A stretch of DNA of 64,000 nucleotides, taken from contig JBAXXI010000002.1 of the NCBI GenBank assembly GCA_037127955.1, positions 8,377 through 72,376 on the forward strand, read 5' to 3'. The stretch is from Candidatus Berkelbacteria bacterium. Its GTDB lineage: Bacteria > Patescibacteriota > UBA1384 > UBA12157. Positions 29,649 to 38,982 of this stretch are shown here, in pieces; position 1 is the first letter of the stretch, and every line of letters starts with the position of its first letter. Under the pieces are notes generated by a model that saw only the letters and a program-made list of their open reading frames with translations, ran no database searches and was not told where the DNA came from. A program made the position numbers and the translations under genes.

Positions 29649-32354
29649 ATGTTTCAAAATTTTAAAAAAATTCCACAACTTTTATTCATTGCATTAGCTA
29701 TTTTTGGATTTGGCTATTTTTTGCAACATAATCATACAGATTTCAATACTAATATTGGTGTAGCCCACGCAGCCGTAACACTTGAACAATCGACCAAAAC
29801 CATAAATTCACTTCATGCCGAATTAACTTCAGCTACAGCTGCAAGTGAAGGCACTGCCTGGATCTTCAGCGTCTGGAAAGTCATGATGGGACTAGCCAAC
29901 GCTTTTGTCGCCATCATTTTGATTTTCTTTGCCTTTGTTAATATTGCCCATATCGAGTACGACACTTATCAACTCAAAAAAGCTTTACCGAAACTGATTA
30001 TTGGTATAGTTATGGCTAACTTTAGCATGCTTATTTGCCGCATGCTAGTTGATCTAGCCTCAGTCTTAACCGCTACTTTCACTCATAACCCAAAAGGTTT
30101 AATGGGTGGAATTATGTGCGCTATGGGCATTCATCCAAGTGGCAGTATCGGTGAATATTTTCTACAAATATTAGCTCAACAATGGCTCTGGATTCTTTTA
30201 GTTGTTTTGGCAGTCTTTATCTCGATTCTTTATCTAGGCATCTTATTACTCATTCGACATGGCGTTATCTTGGTTTTAGCAGCCGTCGCTCCAATTGCTT
30301 TTATTTTGCTCGCTTTTCCACCAACTGAAAGTTACTTTAAAAAATGGTGGGAATGGTTTGTTAGTTGGACTTTTATGGGTCCAATTATGACACTGATTCT
30401 TTGGATGGCTGGTATGGTTGGTGGCGCCGGAGAATTTACAGGCACAGTTTGCGCTCCAACTACAACTTTTAGCTGGCTCCGGGCGTTTACCACCCTGGCT
30501 TTACTCTATGTTGCCGGTATTGTTCCAAGTAAACTTGGTGGCGAAGTCATGGGCGCATACAAAAACGCGGTTCACGGCGCTGGTAAAGCTGCTTACGACA
30601 ATCCTTGGAGCAAACGCAAACGCGAAATCATGGGCAATGATCTAAAACACAAGTTTTATGGTAACACTAAACTTGGTCGCTGGATGGAACAAGGCGTCAG
30701 AAACGATGAAGCCATGCTTGAGGCACAAAAAAACGAAGAAGAAGTTCGCAAGGGTTTGCGCGACCTGACTACTCCTGACTCAACCGCTGAACGCAATGCA
30801 ATTGCTAAAGAACGTTTAATCAGATTAAAGACCGAACTTGAAAACCAGGGCGATGAAAGACTAGCTAAACATATGAAAATCAATATCGATGCCATTACTG
30901 ACACCGATTTAGCTAGCAAAAAACTCAAACGAGCCATGGATCAAATCAAGAAAAAAGGCATGACCGATGCCTACAAAGGCGCCAAAGGTGCAAAATTAAC
31001 TGAAGAAGATATTGAAGACGCTCAAGTTACTCGTGATCTTGACCAAGCTCAAAAACAACAAATGACGGCCGCTTATGACGACGATATTAAAGGTACGGCT
31101 TTGACTCAAAAAGATATTGAAGATGCTCGTGTGACCCGTGATTTAGAAGCAGCAAAAAAGAACAAAATGACACTGGCTTATAAAGGAGCAGGCGGCGATA
31201 AACTGGTTGAAGACGAACTTAAAGATGTTGTTGCTACTGGCAAAATGGAGAAAGCCAAAAACGATGCTACGGCTAGAGTTTATTTAGGTGCTACTGGTAG
31301 AAAAATGGCCGAATTTGAATCTGGTATTGCTAATTCACAAATGGCTATTGACAAAGTTAAAGACGATCAAAGAGTCTTAATGGCTACCGAGCGTTTAGCC
31401 GGCCATGAGATTATTCACGATTTAATTAAACAGTACGACAAAGACAACGAAGCCGCTGGCCGTCCATCAAACTTAAACAATGCTTATAAGGAAGTTGATA
31501 ACTTTACGATGGAATTGGCTAATGCTAAGACTGAACCAGAAAGAGTTGCCGCACAAGCTAAACTCGATATTGCCTTAACTAATTTAGAAACTGGAAAAAA
31601 AGCTTTTGCCGCCGACCTTCACAGTAAGGGTAAATTTGCAACAGCCAAAGACGCTGATGAATTTGTTGAAAATAGCCATTTACAACGCTACGAACGCACT
31701 AGACATATGGCTATTATCGGCAAGCGTGTTAATGACGATGCCACTGTCGATGCTCAAAGTATGTCTTCTAGCGCCGCTATCGGAGACTTGGTTAAATCAG
31801 ATGGCAGTCTCGACGGTGGTAGTTACGGCCCGTACACTTGGACAGCCAAGACCAATGAAGATTTCTGGAAAGGTGTTCGCTCTGACGATCCTGACTCCAG
31901 AGCTGGAGCCTTAGGTATTGCCACAAAACTTGATACCGTGAAACGTAAAATGCATGATTCTCAGACTCGAGGTGCGGCTATCAAGGATTACTCTAAGGTT
32001 ATTAGCGCCGGTAACCCTGAGTGTTTCAAAGCTCATATTTCTACAGCTATTCATGAATTAAAAGATGCTGAAAGAGCACAATTAGATAAAAGTCTTCGTG
32101 ATCGAGGTAAAACACCTGCAAGTGGTACAGATTTTACTTTAGAAGATTATAGTCGAATCTTAGGCGAAACAACTCTAGATACCACTACTCCTAATAGCGT
32201 TGAGAACAAATTTGCCAGTCGATTAATCAACTCTTTGCAACAAAATGATGATGCCGAAATAACTTACAAAGATGACGCTGGTGTCGATCAAACTATCAAA
32301 GGTGGTTTCACTGGTCTTGGTCGACAGTCACACTACTATGCCCGTATGGGTTAA
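29649..32354 (+). CDS. polytopic membrane protein, VirB6/TrbL-like N-terminal domain with about 500-aa charged repetitive C-terminal domain
   Basis: Roughly 6-7 TM helices in the first 300 aa with a VirB6-like topology (inferred, not searched). The C-terminal half contains internal repeats (DIEDAQVTRDLDQAQKQQMTAAYDDD / DIEDARVTRDLEAAKKNKMTLAYKGAGG). Confidence 0.4.
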   Translation: MFQNFKKIPQLLFIALAIFGFGYFLQHNHTDFNTNIGVAHAAVTLEQSTKTINSLHAELTSATAASEGTAWIFSVWKVMMGLANAFVAIILIFFAFVNIAHIEYDTYQLKKALPKLIIGIVMANFSMLICRMLVDLASVLTATFTHNPKGLMGGIMCAMGIHPSGSIGEYFLQILAQQWLWILLVVLAVFISILYLGILLLIRHGVILVLAAVAPIAFILLAFPPTESYFKKWWEWFVSWTFMGPIMTLILWMAGMVGGAGEFTGTVCAPTTTFSWLRAFTTLALLYVAGIVPSKLGGEVMGAYKNAVHGAGKAAYDNPWSKRKREIMGNDLKHKFYGNTKLGRWMEQGVRNDEAMLEAQKNEEEVRKGLRDLTTPDSTAERNAIAKERLIRLKTELENQGDERLAKHMKINIDAITDTDLASKKLKRAMDQIKKKGMTDAYKGAKGAKLTEEDIEDAQVTRDLDQAQKQQMTAAYDDDIKGTALTQKDIEDARVTRDLEAAKKNKMTLAYKGAGGDKLVEDELKDVVATGKMEKAKNDATARVYLGATGRKMAEFESGIANSQMAIDKVKDDQRVLMATERLAGHEIIHDLIKQYDKDNEAAGRPSNLNNAYKEVDNFTMELANAKTEPERVAAQAKLDIALTNLETGKKAFAADLHSKGKFATAKDADEFVENSHLQRYERTRHMAIIGKRVNDDATVDAQSMSSSAAIGDLVKSDGSLDGGSYGPYTWTAKTNEDFWKGVRSDDPDSRAGALGIATKLDTVKRKMHDSQTRGAAIKDYSKVISAGNPECFKAHISTAIHELKDAERAQLDKSLRDRGKTPASGTDFTLEDYSRILGETTLDTTTPNSVENKFASRLINSLQQNDDAEITYKDDAGVDQTIKGGFTGLGRQSHYYARMG

Positions 32355-32369
32355 TTCTTAAGGAGATAA

Positions 32370-33164
32370 ATGGACGATCCGATTTTAACCGACGATATAA
32401 TTACAATCGATTGGCAAAAAGTTGACGAGGCCAACGCGATTCGTGATGAAATTTGCGCCAAACCCTGGGATGAGTTAAAGAAAAACCCAGTGGTTTTAGC
32501 TAAAACTTTTTCTGAAGAATTCGAAGTTACGCCAGCCGAAATGATCATGATGGATGAAGCCGAGCTACTCGACTCAGTTTTTGAACATGCTGATAAAATC
32601 CCTGAGGAAAACAAAACCGCACTGATCAACCTCTATAAGGATTATAATTTTCACCAAGATGTGGCAACTATTCAAAATGATTATCAAAGTTTAGCCCCGG
32701 AAATTAACTTTCACGAGAATCTCGATCTTGAAAAAACTCAAAATCAGGCTAAACGAGTTTCTCAAGGGTTGGAAAACTTGCGTTTGATCACCTTTTACAA
32801 AGAGGCTGAAGACTTGACTATCGAAACTAATGCGCTAAAAACTGTTTCGGCTGAACGGGAAAAACTTTTATTTGACAAAGTCGACCAATTACTCAAAATG
32901 ATTAAAGCGGCGACGGACGAAAAGCGCCAACTGAATATTAACGAAATCAACGAAATTATTGAGTTCGAATCAAAATTCGGCCGCAACAGCGTGGGGCTCG
33001 AAGATCTTAAAGAAGAAACCGATCCGCTAGTTTACCTAACCGTCGTTCAAAAAAACCGTAAAGCTTTGATGGTTTTAGCCGCCGCCGATCGCGAAGATTT
33101 GCGCGAAAATTTAGGCGATGCCTTTACGGTCGCAAACTTAATCGAAAAATATCGCATCGAATAG
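32370..33164 (+). CDS. acidic cytoplasmic hypothetical protein (264 aa)
   Basis: RBS AAGGAGA. Begins 16 nt after the VirB6-like gene, so likely co-transcribed. Confidence 0.5.
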   Translation: MDDPILTDDIITIDWQKVDEANAIRDEICAKPWDELKKNPVVLAKTFSEEFEVTPAEMIMMDEAELLDSVFEHADKIPEENKTALINLYKDYNFHQDVATIQNDYQSLAPEINFHENLDLEKTQNQAKRVSQGLENLRLITFYKEAEDLTIETNALKTVSAEREKLLFDKVDQLLKMIKAATDEKRQLNINEINEIIEFESKFGRNSVGLEDLKEETDPLVYLTVVQKNRKALMVLAAADREDLRENLGDAFTVANLIEKYRIE

Positions 33165-33195
33165 TTTAGTACTAGTAATAAACTAACTCAACCTC

Positions 33196-33220
33196 TTGAC
33201 CCCCACACCCAATAAAATTT
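33196..33220. repeat. left inverted repeat flanking GIY-YIG gene (TTGACCCCCACACCCAATAAAATT)
   Basis: Reverse complement AATTTTATTGGGTGTGGGGGTCAA matches the motif at 33504..33530 in 22 of 24 positions. Confidence 0.6.
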
Positions 33221-33473
33221 ATTCTAAAGAATGCTTAATACGTTTTTTGAGTTGATTAAAAGCATTACTTCTTAATTTTAAGTTATGCTCTCTATGTCTC
33301 GCATCCTTTTCCGCCTTGTAAACTTCGGTATAAACAAGCTCGAAAGGAATGCGAGTTTTTGTTGAAAAAACTTTTCCACTATTATGTTCCTCTAACCTTC
33401 TTTTTAAATTAGAGGTCGAACCAATATATAATTTTTCATCTTTTAAACTTTTCAAAATATATAAACAAAACAT
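33219..33473 (-). CDS. GIY-YIG nuclease family protein (stand-alone, 84 aa)
   Basis: LYIGSTSNLKRRLEEH matches the GIY-YIG core (YIG…R…E). Confidence 0.85.
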   Translation of the reverse strand: MFCLYILKSLKDEKLYIGSTSNLKRRLEEHNSGKVFSTKTRIPFELVYTEVYKAEKDARHREHNLKLRSNAFNQLKKRIKHSLE

Positions 33474-33503
33474 GTATTAATTTTATCATATTTTGAAAAA
33501 ATG

Positions 33504-33530
33504 AATTTTGTTGGGTGTGGGGGTTGACAA
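33504..33530. repeat. right inverted repeat flanking GIY-YIG gene (AATTTTGTTGGGTGTGGGGGTTGACAA); also supplies the -35 of a consensus promoter
   Basis: TTGACA at 33524-33529, then 17 bp, then TACAAT at 33547-33552. Confidence 0.6.
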
Positions 33531-33740
33531 ATGGGCCTTTTTGTGTTACAATAGCATGTTCTTGAAAAATGATTAATTTAGTCATTTGGATAGTTACCTT
33601 AAAAATAATTCCAATTCTGCTTTAGATTGGTTTACATAGAAAAAGCCTTTCCGGCTAGTTTATTTTGCCAGGCCTTTTGCCCTGGAAGCGTTTTATAACG
33701 CACGACAGGGTCAATTGGACCCGCCACAGGAGATACTGTA

Positions 33741-34634
33741 ATGAAAAACACTCTGCTTGCCGCCATTTTAATGGCCATCATGACCTTAATCATAGGGTCA
33801 ACCTGTTTTGCTGCCGAAGCAGCCTGGACAACTAAGGGTAAACCTGCCTGTTTTGATGATTTAAATACCAATTTAAATTTTAATCAAAACCCGGCTAACC
33901 CGCCTGCTAACCCCACCTATATCCCTGTTAAGGGCGATCAAGGTGATCAGGGTCCAAAGGGTGACAAAGGCGAACCTGGAAAAACCATTGTCAAGACCGT
34001 CGTGAAGTATGCTCATGCTCACAGGAATCACACTTCAACTTCAATCGGTCACGAAAAGGTTTACCAGGAATTAAAAAAATGGAAAATCGCCTCTCAAGGT
34101 GATATTGATCGCAAGATCGCCGAACAAAAGTCCATTGATAAAAAAGATGGCAAGTCAGAAAACAAACCTGACACGACCGTGACCAAAGAGTCACAACCAC
34201 AGGAGAAGAAAATGTCAGAAACGTTAATTGGTTTTATCGCGGCCTTAATATTCATTGCAGCTGTTAGTATCACTTTAGTGATGTTAAACAATGCCAAAGA
34301 AGCTGCCGTATTGAAAGCTGAAGCTGCCAAGCTCGAAGCCGCTGAAAAAGAGCGCAAAGAAGCTGCTGCTGAACGAGAAAGAATTGCTCGCGAAGATCGT
34401 CTCGAAAGAGAACGCAAAGAAGCAACGATCAATGAGATTAAATGGACAATGGCTGGTAATATTGTTTCAAAACAATTCAGCCAAAAAAATGACCAGGAAG
34501 TTGAAAATTCCGCCAATATTATTGGCATCGGCAATTTCAGCTCCAAATCAAGTCCTGTCCGTATAACATCGGATAGATCTGATACCACTACTGATGCGAC
34601 CGGGGACGCCGGAGGCGCAATCTCTGATATCTAA
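33741..34634 (+). CDS. membrane protein with short collagen-like Gly-X-Y repeat and Ala/Glu-rich coiled coil
   Basis: Signal/TM at the N-terminus, GDQGDQGPKGDKGEPGKT, a TM (LIGFIAALIFIAAVSITLVML), then EAAKLEAAEKERKEAAAERER. Confidence 0.5.
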   Translation: MKNTLLAAILMAIMTLIIGSTCFAAEAAWTTKGKPACFDDLNTNLNFNQNPANPPANPTYIPVKGDQGDQGPKGDKGEPGKTIVKTVVKYAHAHRNHTSTSIGHEKVYQELKKWKIASQGDIDRKIAEQKSIDKKDGKSENKPDTTVTKESQPQEKKMSETLIGFIAALIFIAAVSITLVMLNNAKEAAVLKAEAAKLEAAEKERKEAAAERERIAREDRLERERKEATINEIKWTMAGNIVSKQFSQKNDQEVENSANIIGIGNFSSKSSPVRITSDRSDTTTDATGDAGGAISDI

Positions 34635-34651
34635 CATCTAACCCAACGCAC

Positions 34652-34684
34652 AAAAAAGGCGCACCGCAAGGTGCGCCTTTTTCT
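34652..34684 (+). terminator. rho-independent terminator
   Basis: AAAAAAGGCGCACC-GCAA-GGTGCGCCTTTTTC. Confidence 0.75.
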
Positions 34685-34812
34685 TATTTAATTTTTCTAG
34701 TACTCATATAAATTTAACTTGCCAAAACCACTTTATTTGCCTATTGTGAACCATTATAAGGCGCTGAAACAAGGTTTTAAGCCAAAACAGAACAATTGAC
34801 CGCTTGCCAAAA

Positions 34813-35871
34813 TTACTCAAATTTAGAGGCATCTAGCTCCATCTTCTTCTCTTGAGCGAGTAAATTCGCTTGGTTATTCTCGGTTAAAATAGTTTCTGTC
34901 TCCTTATCTTTACGCGATAACATTGCGCCAAGCTTGAACCCACCAAGTAAACTGACCATACCCATAAAAGCATTGCCCATTATCTTGGCGCCGTGGCCCA
35001 GATAAGGTTTGCCAAAGGCACTCCAGGCACCATCGACATAACGCACGGCATGATGAACTATATCTTGATCAAATTTGGCTGCGGTCATCATATCTAAACC
35101 TCCAAACAAACCAGCTCCCCAGCCTGCACCCAAACCAAGACCCAATCCCCACTTTCCGGCCGTTTCCTGGGCCTTATTCACCTCTTTTGAGTGGTCAGCT
35201 AACTGACCCTCTAACCGTAACATATCTTCTGATTTATGGTAAAAACCGTCAAAAATTTCTTTAGCCAAGGCCTCTTTCTCTTCTGGCTCCATATTTTCTT
35301 TTTGAGACATCCAGGCTTTAGCCTTTTCGCTTAATTCGGCCCACTCGCTAGACATTTGATGAGCAATATCATTTTGGCTCAATTTTTCCGCTCCCTTAAC
35401 CGCGGCAGCAATTTCCACTGAAGTTCGGCCAATCAATACGCCCGCGGCCGCCAAAACTCCTGGTAAACCAAACCCGCCACAGGCAAGACTAACTACACCA
35501 TAACTAACCAAACCCGTTACGGTCTTTTTATCAAATACGCGAGCAGTATGGTTTATAAATTCATTAAAAGTATTGTGTTTAACCAAGCCTTCCGGGGTCA
35601 GCTCGTAATTCAAATCCCCAGCCATTATCTGGTGTAATTTAGGGATTTGACGACCGTGTTTATGTTCTAATTGAACCTCTTGAGACTGTCGCGCATCCAT
35701 TAAGCTGACAAAATGAATTAACCCCTCGGCGTCACCACCCAAGTTTTTCAATCTTTCCTGCCAATTACTGGTTAAAAGTTCGCCTTTAAACTGTTCGTTT
35801 AGACGCACATTTTTTTCAGCATAAACATTAATCGGCTCATTTAAATTAATTTCGGATTTATCCATATTCAC
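34813..35871 (-). CDS. hypothetical protein with glycine-zipper segments
   Basis: GLGLGLGAGWGAGLFGGL and ACGGFGLPGVLAAAGVLIG motifs; 352 aa. Confidence 0.45.
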   Translation of the reverse strand: MNMDKSEINLNEPINVYAEKNVRLNEQFKGELLTSNWQERLKNLGGDAEGLIHFVSLMDARQSQEVQLEHKHGRQIPKLHQIMAGDLNYELTPEGLVKHNTFNEFINHTARVFDKKTVTGLVSYGVVSLACGGFGLPGVLAAAGVLIGRTSVEIAAAVKGAEKLSQNDIAHQMSSEWAELSEKAKAWMSQKENMEPEEKEALAKEIFDGFYHKSEDMLRLEGQLADHSKEVNKAQETAGKWGLGLGLGAGWGAGLFGGLDMMTAAKFDQDIVHHAVRYVDGAWSAFGKPYLGHGAKIMGNAFMGMVSLLGGFKLGAMLSRKDKETETILTENNQANLLAQEKKMELDASKFE

Positions 35872-35875
35872 CCTG

Positions 35876-36223
35876 TTAATTTGATGGATTTTGCGCTTGT
35901 GCGGTCTTAAAAAGTTCGTAAACTTCTAATTTGTAAGCTAAAGCTTCCGCTGCCATCAGCGCCGGCAAATCTAAATTTTTACGGCGCAAATATTCCTGAA
36001 CCTTGTCAAACTCATCTTGATCAATTAATTTATCAAATTCCGCCCCTTCCTCTTCGGAGAGCGTCGCATAAATTCGAGCAATGACTCGGTTTTGAACGGT
36101 TTTGCCAATTTCCAGGTATAATTCCTGCTTTTTTTCTGGCGCAAGATCATCGCCACCAATCAATTTTAAGATATCTTCATCGAAAAATGCCTTGAGTTCA
36201 GGATCGTTCATTAAATCAAACAT
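35876..36223 (-). CDS. acidic hypothetical protein (115 aa), operonic with 34813..35871
   Basis: 4-nt gap to the downstream gene. Divergent palindromic promoter upstream. Confidence 0.45.
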   Translation of the reverse strand: MFDLMNDPELKAFFDEDILKLIGGDDLAPEKKQELYLEIGKTVQNRVIARIYATLSEEEGAEFDKLIDQDEFDKVQEYLRRKNLDLPALMAAEALAYKLEVYELFKTAQAQNPSN

Positions 36224-36259
36224 AGACCTCCTTATCTACCTTTTTATTGTAGCTGATAC

Positions 36260-36288
36260 TTGACAAAAGTCAAAAAATGTGGTATACT
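36260..36288. promoter_or_regulatory. divergent promoter region with palindromic -35 (TTGACAAAAGTCAA)
   Basis: Plus strand: TTGACA-17-TATACT upstream of the 36414 gene. The palindrome gives TTGACT on the minus strand, followed by TACAAT toward 35876..36223. Confidence 0.55.
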
Positions 36289-36413
36289 ACTTGGTTAATC
36301 GATCTTTGACAATTTAATATATATCACCTTTGTTTTCCGGGCCCAGCCCGTTTTAGCTTATAGCACCAGACGGGCAGGTATATGGCTCGACAAAAATTTA
36401 GGGGGATACTGAC

Positions 36414-38204
36414 ATGTCAGTAATTTTTACCAAGCAAGAAAATGCCAAGCTTATCCAATTGTTCCCAGGCAGCCTGTTAAACAGGTTTACAGCCGCCCTT
36501 CGCGACGCGATTTGCACCTGCGACTTGTTTAAGTCAACGGTGACCAATATCGTTAACGCGATGTTCGCCTCTGACGCTTTTCAAGCGAAGATTGAGGAAA
36601 TGGTCAAGAATTCAATCAACAGAATTTTTTCTGGAAATTCGATCCAAGAAGTAGTTGAAATCTACATCAAGGAAAACGTTGAAGAAAGAATTGAAAAGAT
36701 TGTTAAAAAGAAAACTGAGAAGGCCGTTGAGGTGTCACTTGGATCTGATTTCTTCAAAGTAGGCATAGAGAAAATCATTGCCGAAAAAATGAAAATACAG
36801 CTTGACGGGATTGCCGATACAATTGAAGCATCGGTTGGGAAAGTAGCAAGCGATTTAAATCATCAAATCTCGACTGAAACAGAAAACATTCGAGAAGATT
36901 TAAAAGCAGAACTGCTGGCGCAAATAGCCAAAATCAATCCTAAACCAAAAGTTGATTCGCAAATTGTCTCGAGCACGATTTCTGGTTTAAGCCAAATTGG
37001 CTCAGCCTTAATCAACGCTAATGCCGCCAAAAAAGTGGCCAATATCAACAACCCGACAAGCGAAACGGAAACCACTGTTGAACCGGAAACAATCGTCAAA
37101 CCTGAAACAATCATCGAACCGGAAACAACTGTTGAACCCGAACCGATCAAGGTTGTGGATCCTGAAGTTGAAAAGGCTGAAGAATACGCCAGACGGCGAG
37201 CTTTAGCGTTAAAAGTTGGTAAAGACAAGAACCGTCAAGTAACTGAAGCCGAAATTGATGATATCTCAAAATGGGAAAAGAATATCACCGAAGAAAGCAT
37301 CGCTTTTTTCTTTGACCGGAACGATACCACTAATCAACTTGCTCAAATGTGCTTTGCTGCCGGTTTAAACCGTGCCCGCAAAACCATCTGGCGCTTAGCT
37401 TGGATTGTCGTTAAAAAATTAGCTACAATCGAACAGGTTTTCGAAGAACTTAAGGTTGAAAATGGCGACCCCGAAGAAATTATCGAAAGATATAGAAACG
37501 GCATTGCCAATAATATCAACGATGTCGGAGACTACCTGGACAGCCTAACCAAGGCCAAGATCGAAGCCACTTTGGCGGTTGACCCCATACTGTACACCAA
37601 ACTGCTCGACCCTGATAATTACGATGCAAATATCGATAAATGGTTTGAGCAGATTACCAAGGCACAAAATGACAATTTGGCAATGGAAGAAGTGATTGAA
37701 GAAGCTTTAGAAATTGTCAGGGGTATTAACCCCACGATTGAAAATGGTGGCATCTTACCTGAAAAGGTTAAAAATGTTACCCCACCGGATGATTTCCTCG
37801 ATAGTATTTTGCTCAACTCTGACAAAGAGAAAGGCGAAAATACTGAAGAAAACGAGCAAGAATTCAAGAATATTAACGACCTGTTCAAGGCCATCGATGC
37901 TCTTGGTCTTCCGGGGACTGAAGAGGAAAGTCAGGAAAACGTTCCTGAAGGCCCACCGACCGAAGCCGAAGTTCGCGAGTACACCTTGGCCGATCTCGAC
38001 CAAAAGATCCTAAAAAAGATGTACAAACGAGCCTTGACCAGAGAAGGTGCGCTAAAAACCATCGGACAGTTATTGGATGCTAATTTTGAAGAGTTGCTGG
38101 CGAAAGTCAGTCACAAAATTAACTCCAAAGAGTTGAAAGAAGCCAAGGACGCTGTTGAAGCCTATGTCCTGGCGACTATCTCTCCCGAACCAACCAAACA
38201 ATAA
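36414..38204 (+). CDS. large alpha-helical hypothetical protein with tandem PET/PE repeats
   Basis: 596 aa. ETETTVEPETIVKPETIIEPETTVEPEP repeat block. RBS AGGGGGA. Confidence 0.5.
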   Translation: MSVIFTKQENAKLIQLFPGSLLNRFTAALRDAICTCDLFKSTVTNIVNAMFASDAFQAKIEEMVKNSINRIFSGNSIQEVVEIYIKENVEERIEKIVKKKTEKAVEVSLGSDFFKVGIEKIIAEKMKIQLDGIADTIEASVGKVASDLNHQISTETENIREDLKAELLAQIAKINPKPKVDSQIVSSTISGLSQIGSALINANAAKKVANINNPTSETETTVEPETIVKPETIIEPETTVEPEPIKVVDPEVEKAEEYARRRALALKVGKDKNRQVTEAEIDDISKWEKNITEESIAFFFDRNDTTNQLAQMCFAAGLNRARKTIWRLAWIVVKKLATIEQVFEELKVENGDPEEIIERYRNGIANNINDVGDYLDSLTKAKIEATLAVDPILYTKLLDPDNYDANIDKWFEQITKAQNDNLAMEEVIEEALEIVRGINPTIENGGILPEKVKNVTPPDDFLDSILLNSDKEKGENTEENEQEFKNINDLFKAIDALGLPGTEEESQENVPEGPPTEAEVREYTLADLDQKILKKMYKRALTREGALKTIGQLLDANFEELLAKVSHKINSKELKEAKDAVEAYVLATISPEPTKQ

Positions 38205-38275
38205 GGAGAATCGAGACCCTGCGAAAGCGGGGTCTTTTCTTTGCTCAAAATTTCCCATTTTAACCATATAGACTC

Positions 38276-38304
38276 TTGACATTTAGCCAAATTTATGCTA
38301 TAAT
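38276..38304 (+). promoter_or_regulatory. sigma70-type promoter TTGACA-17-TATAAT
   Basis: Perfect consensus hexamers upstream of ORF 38365. Confidence 0.6.
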
Positions 38305-38364
38305 ATATAGTTATCTTTGATAACCTCACCTCGGTGAGATTTTAACAAAAGGAGGGCCCTAAAA

Positions 38365-38892
38365 ATGCTAGGGACTCAAAACCAACCGGCTGTCAAGCCA
38401 AATATTATCGGTCAAGGCCGCATCGTCATGATCGACTTACCCTTCCAGGGTGTCGAATTTAAGCCAATGAACCCAGATGACGTGGAAAGCCCGATTATCT
38501 GGAAATTCACAGGTGAAAAAGGTTTCTGGATCAATATTTATGATCACAGAATGAAAACCCGCCAGGCTTACGTGAAATTCTTTGAAAAAGAAATTCAAGT
38601 AATTGAATTGGTCAGAGAATTTCGTCGGGCAATGCCCTGCCTCGGTCGTTTCAGCCTGAAAGGTAATACCCAATACATTTCTCTCACTGATTTAGGTGTT
38701 GAGGACATGTTCGACTCTGGTGACCATGGGTTGAGACTGACTTTGGCTGGATCGTTTGACCACGACGCCTTCCGGGTTATCCGCGACGAAAAGTCCGGTA
38801 AAATGGCCATGCACCAAGCAACCAAAATTTGTCTGCTTGAACCACGACCGGCGAAACCGGAAATTTCTTCCAAGACGGAAGAAAGCATTTAA
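38365..38892 (+). CDS. hypothetical protein (175 aa)
   Basis: RBS AAAAGGAGGG. Consensus promoter at 38276. Confidence 0.5.
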   Translation: MLGTQNQPAVKPNIIGQGRIVMIDLPFQGVEFKPMNPDDVESPIIWKFTGEKGFWINIYDHRMKTRQAYVKFFEKEIQVIELVREFRRAMPCLGRFSLKGNTQYISLTDLGVEDMFDSGDHGLRLTLAGSFDHDAFRVIRDEKSGKMAMHQATKICLLEPRPAKPEISSKTEESI

Positions 38893-38982
38893 TCAAAACA
38901 AGCGCTGATAGGATATCGGCGCTTTTTTATTGATTCAAAACTAAAAATGAGATATACTGAACCTTGAAAGGAATTTTAAATT

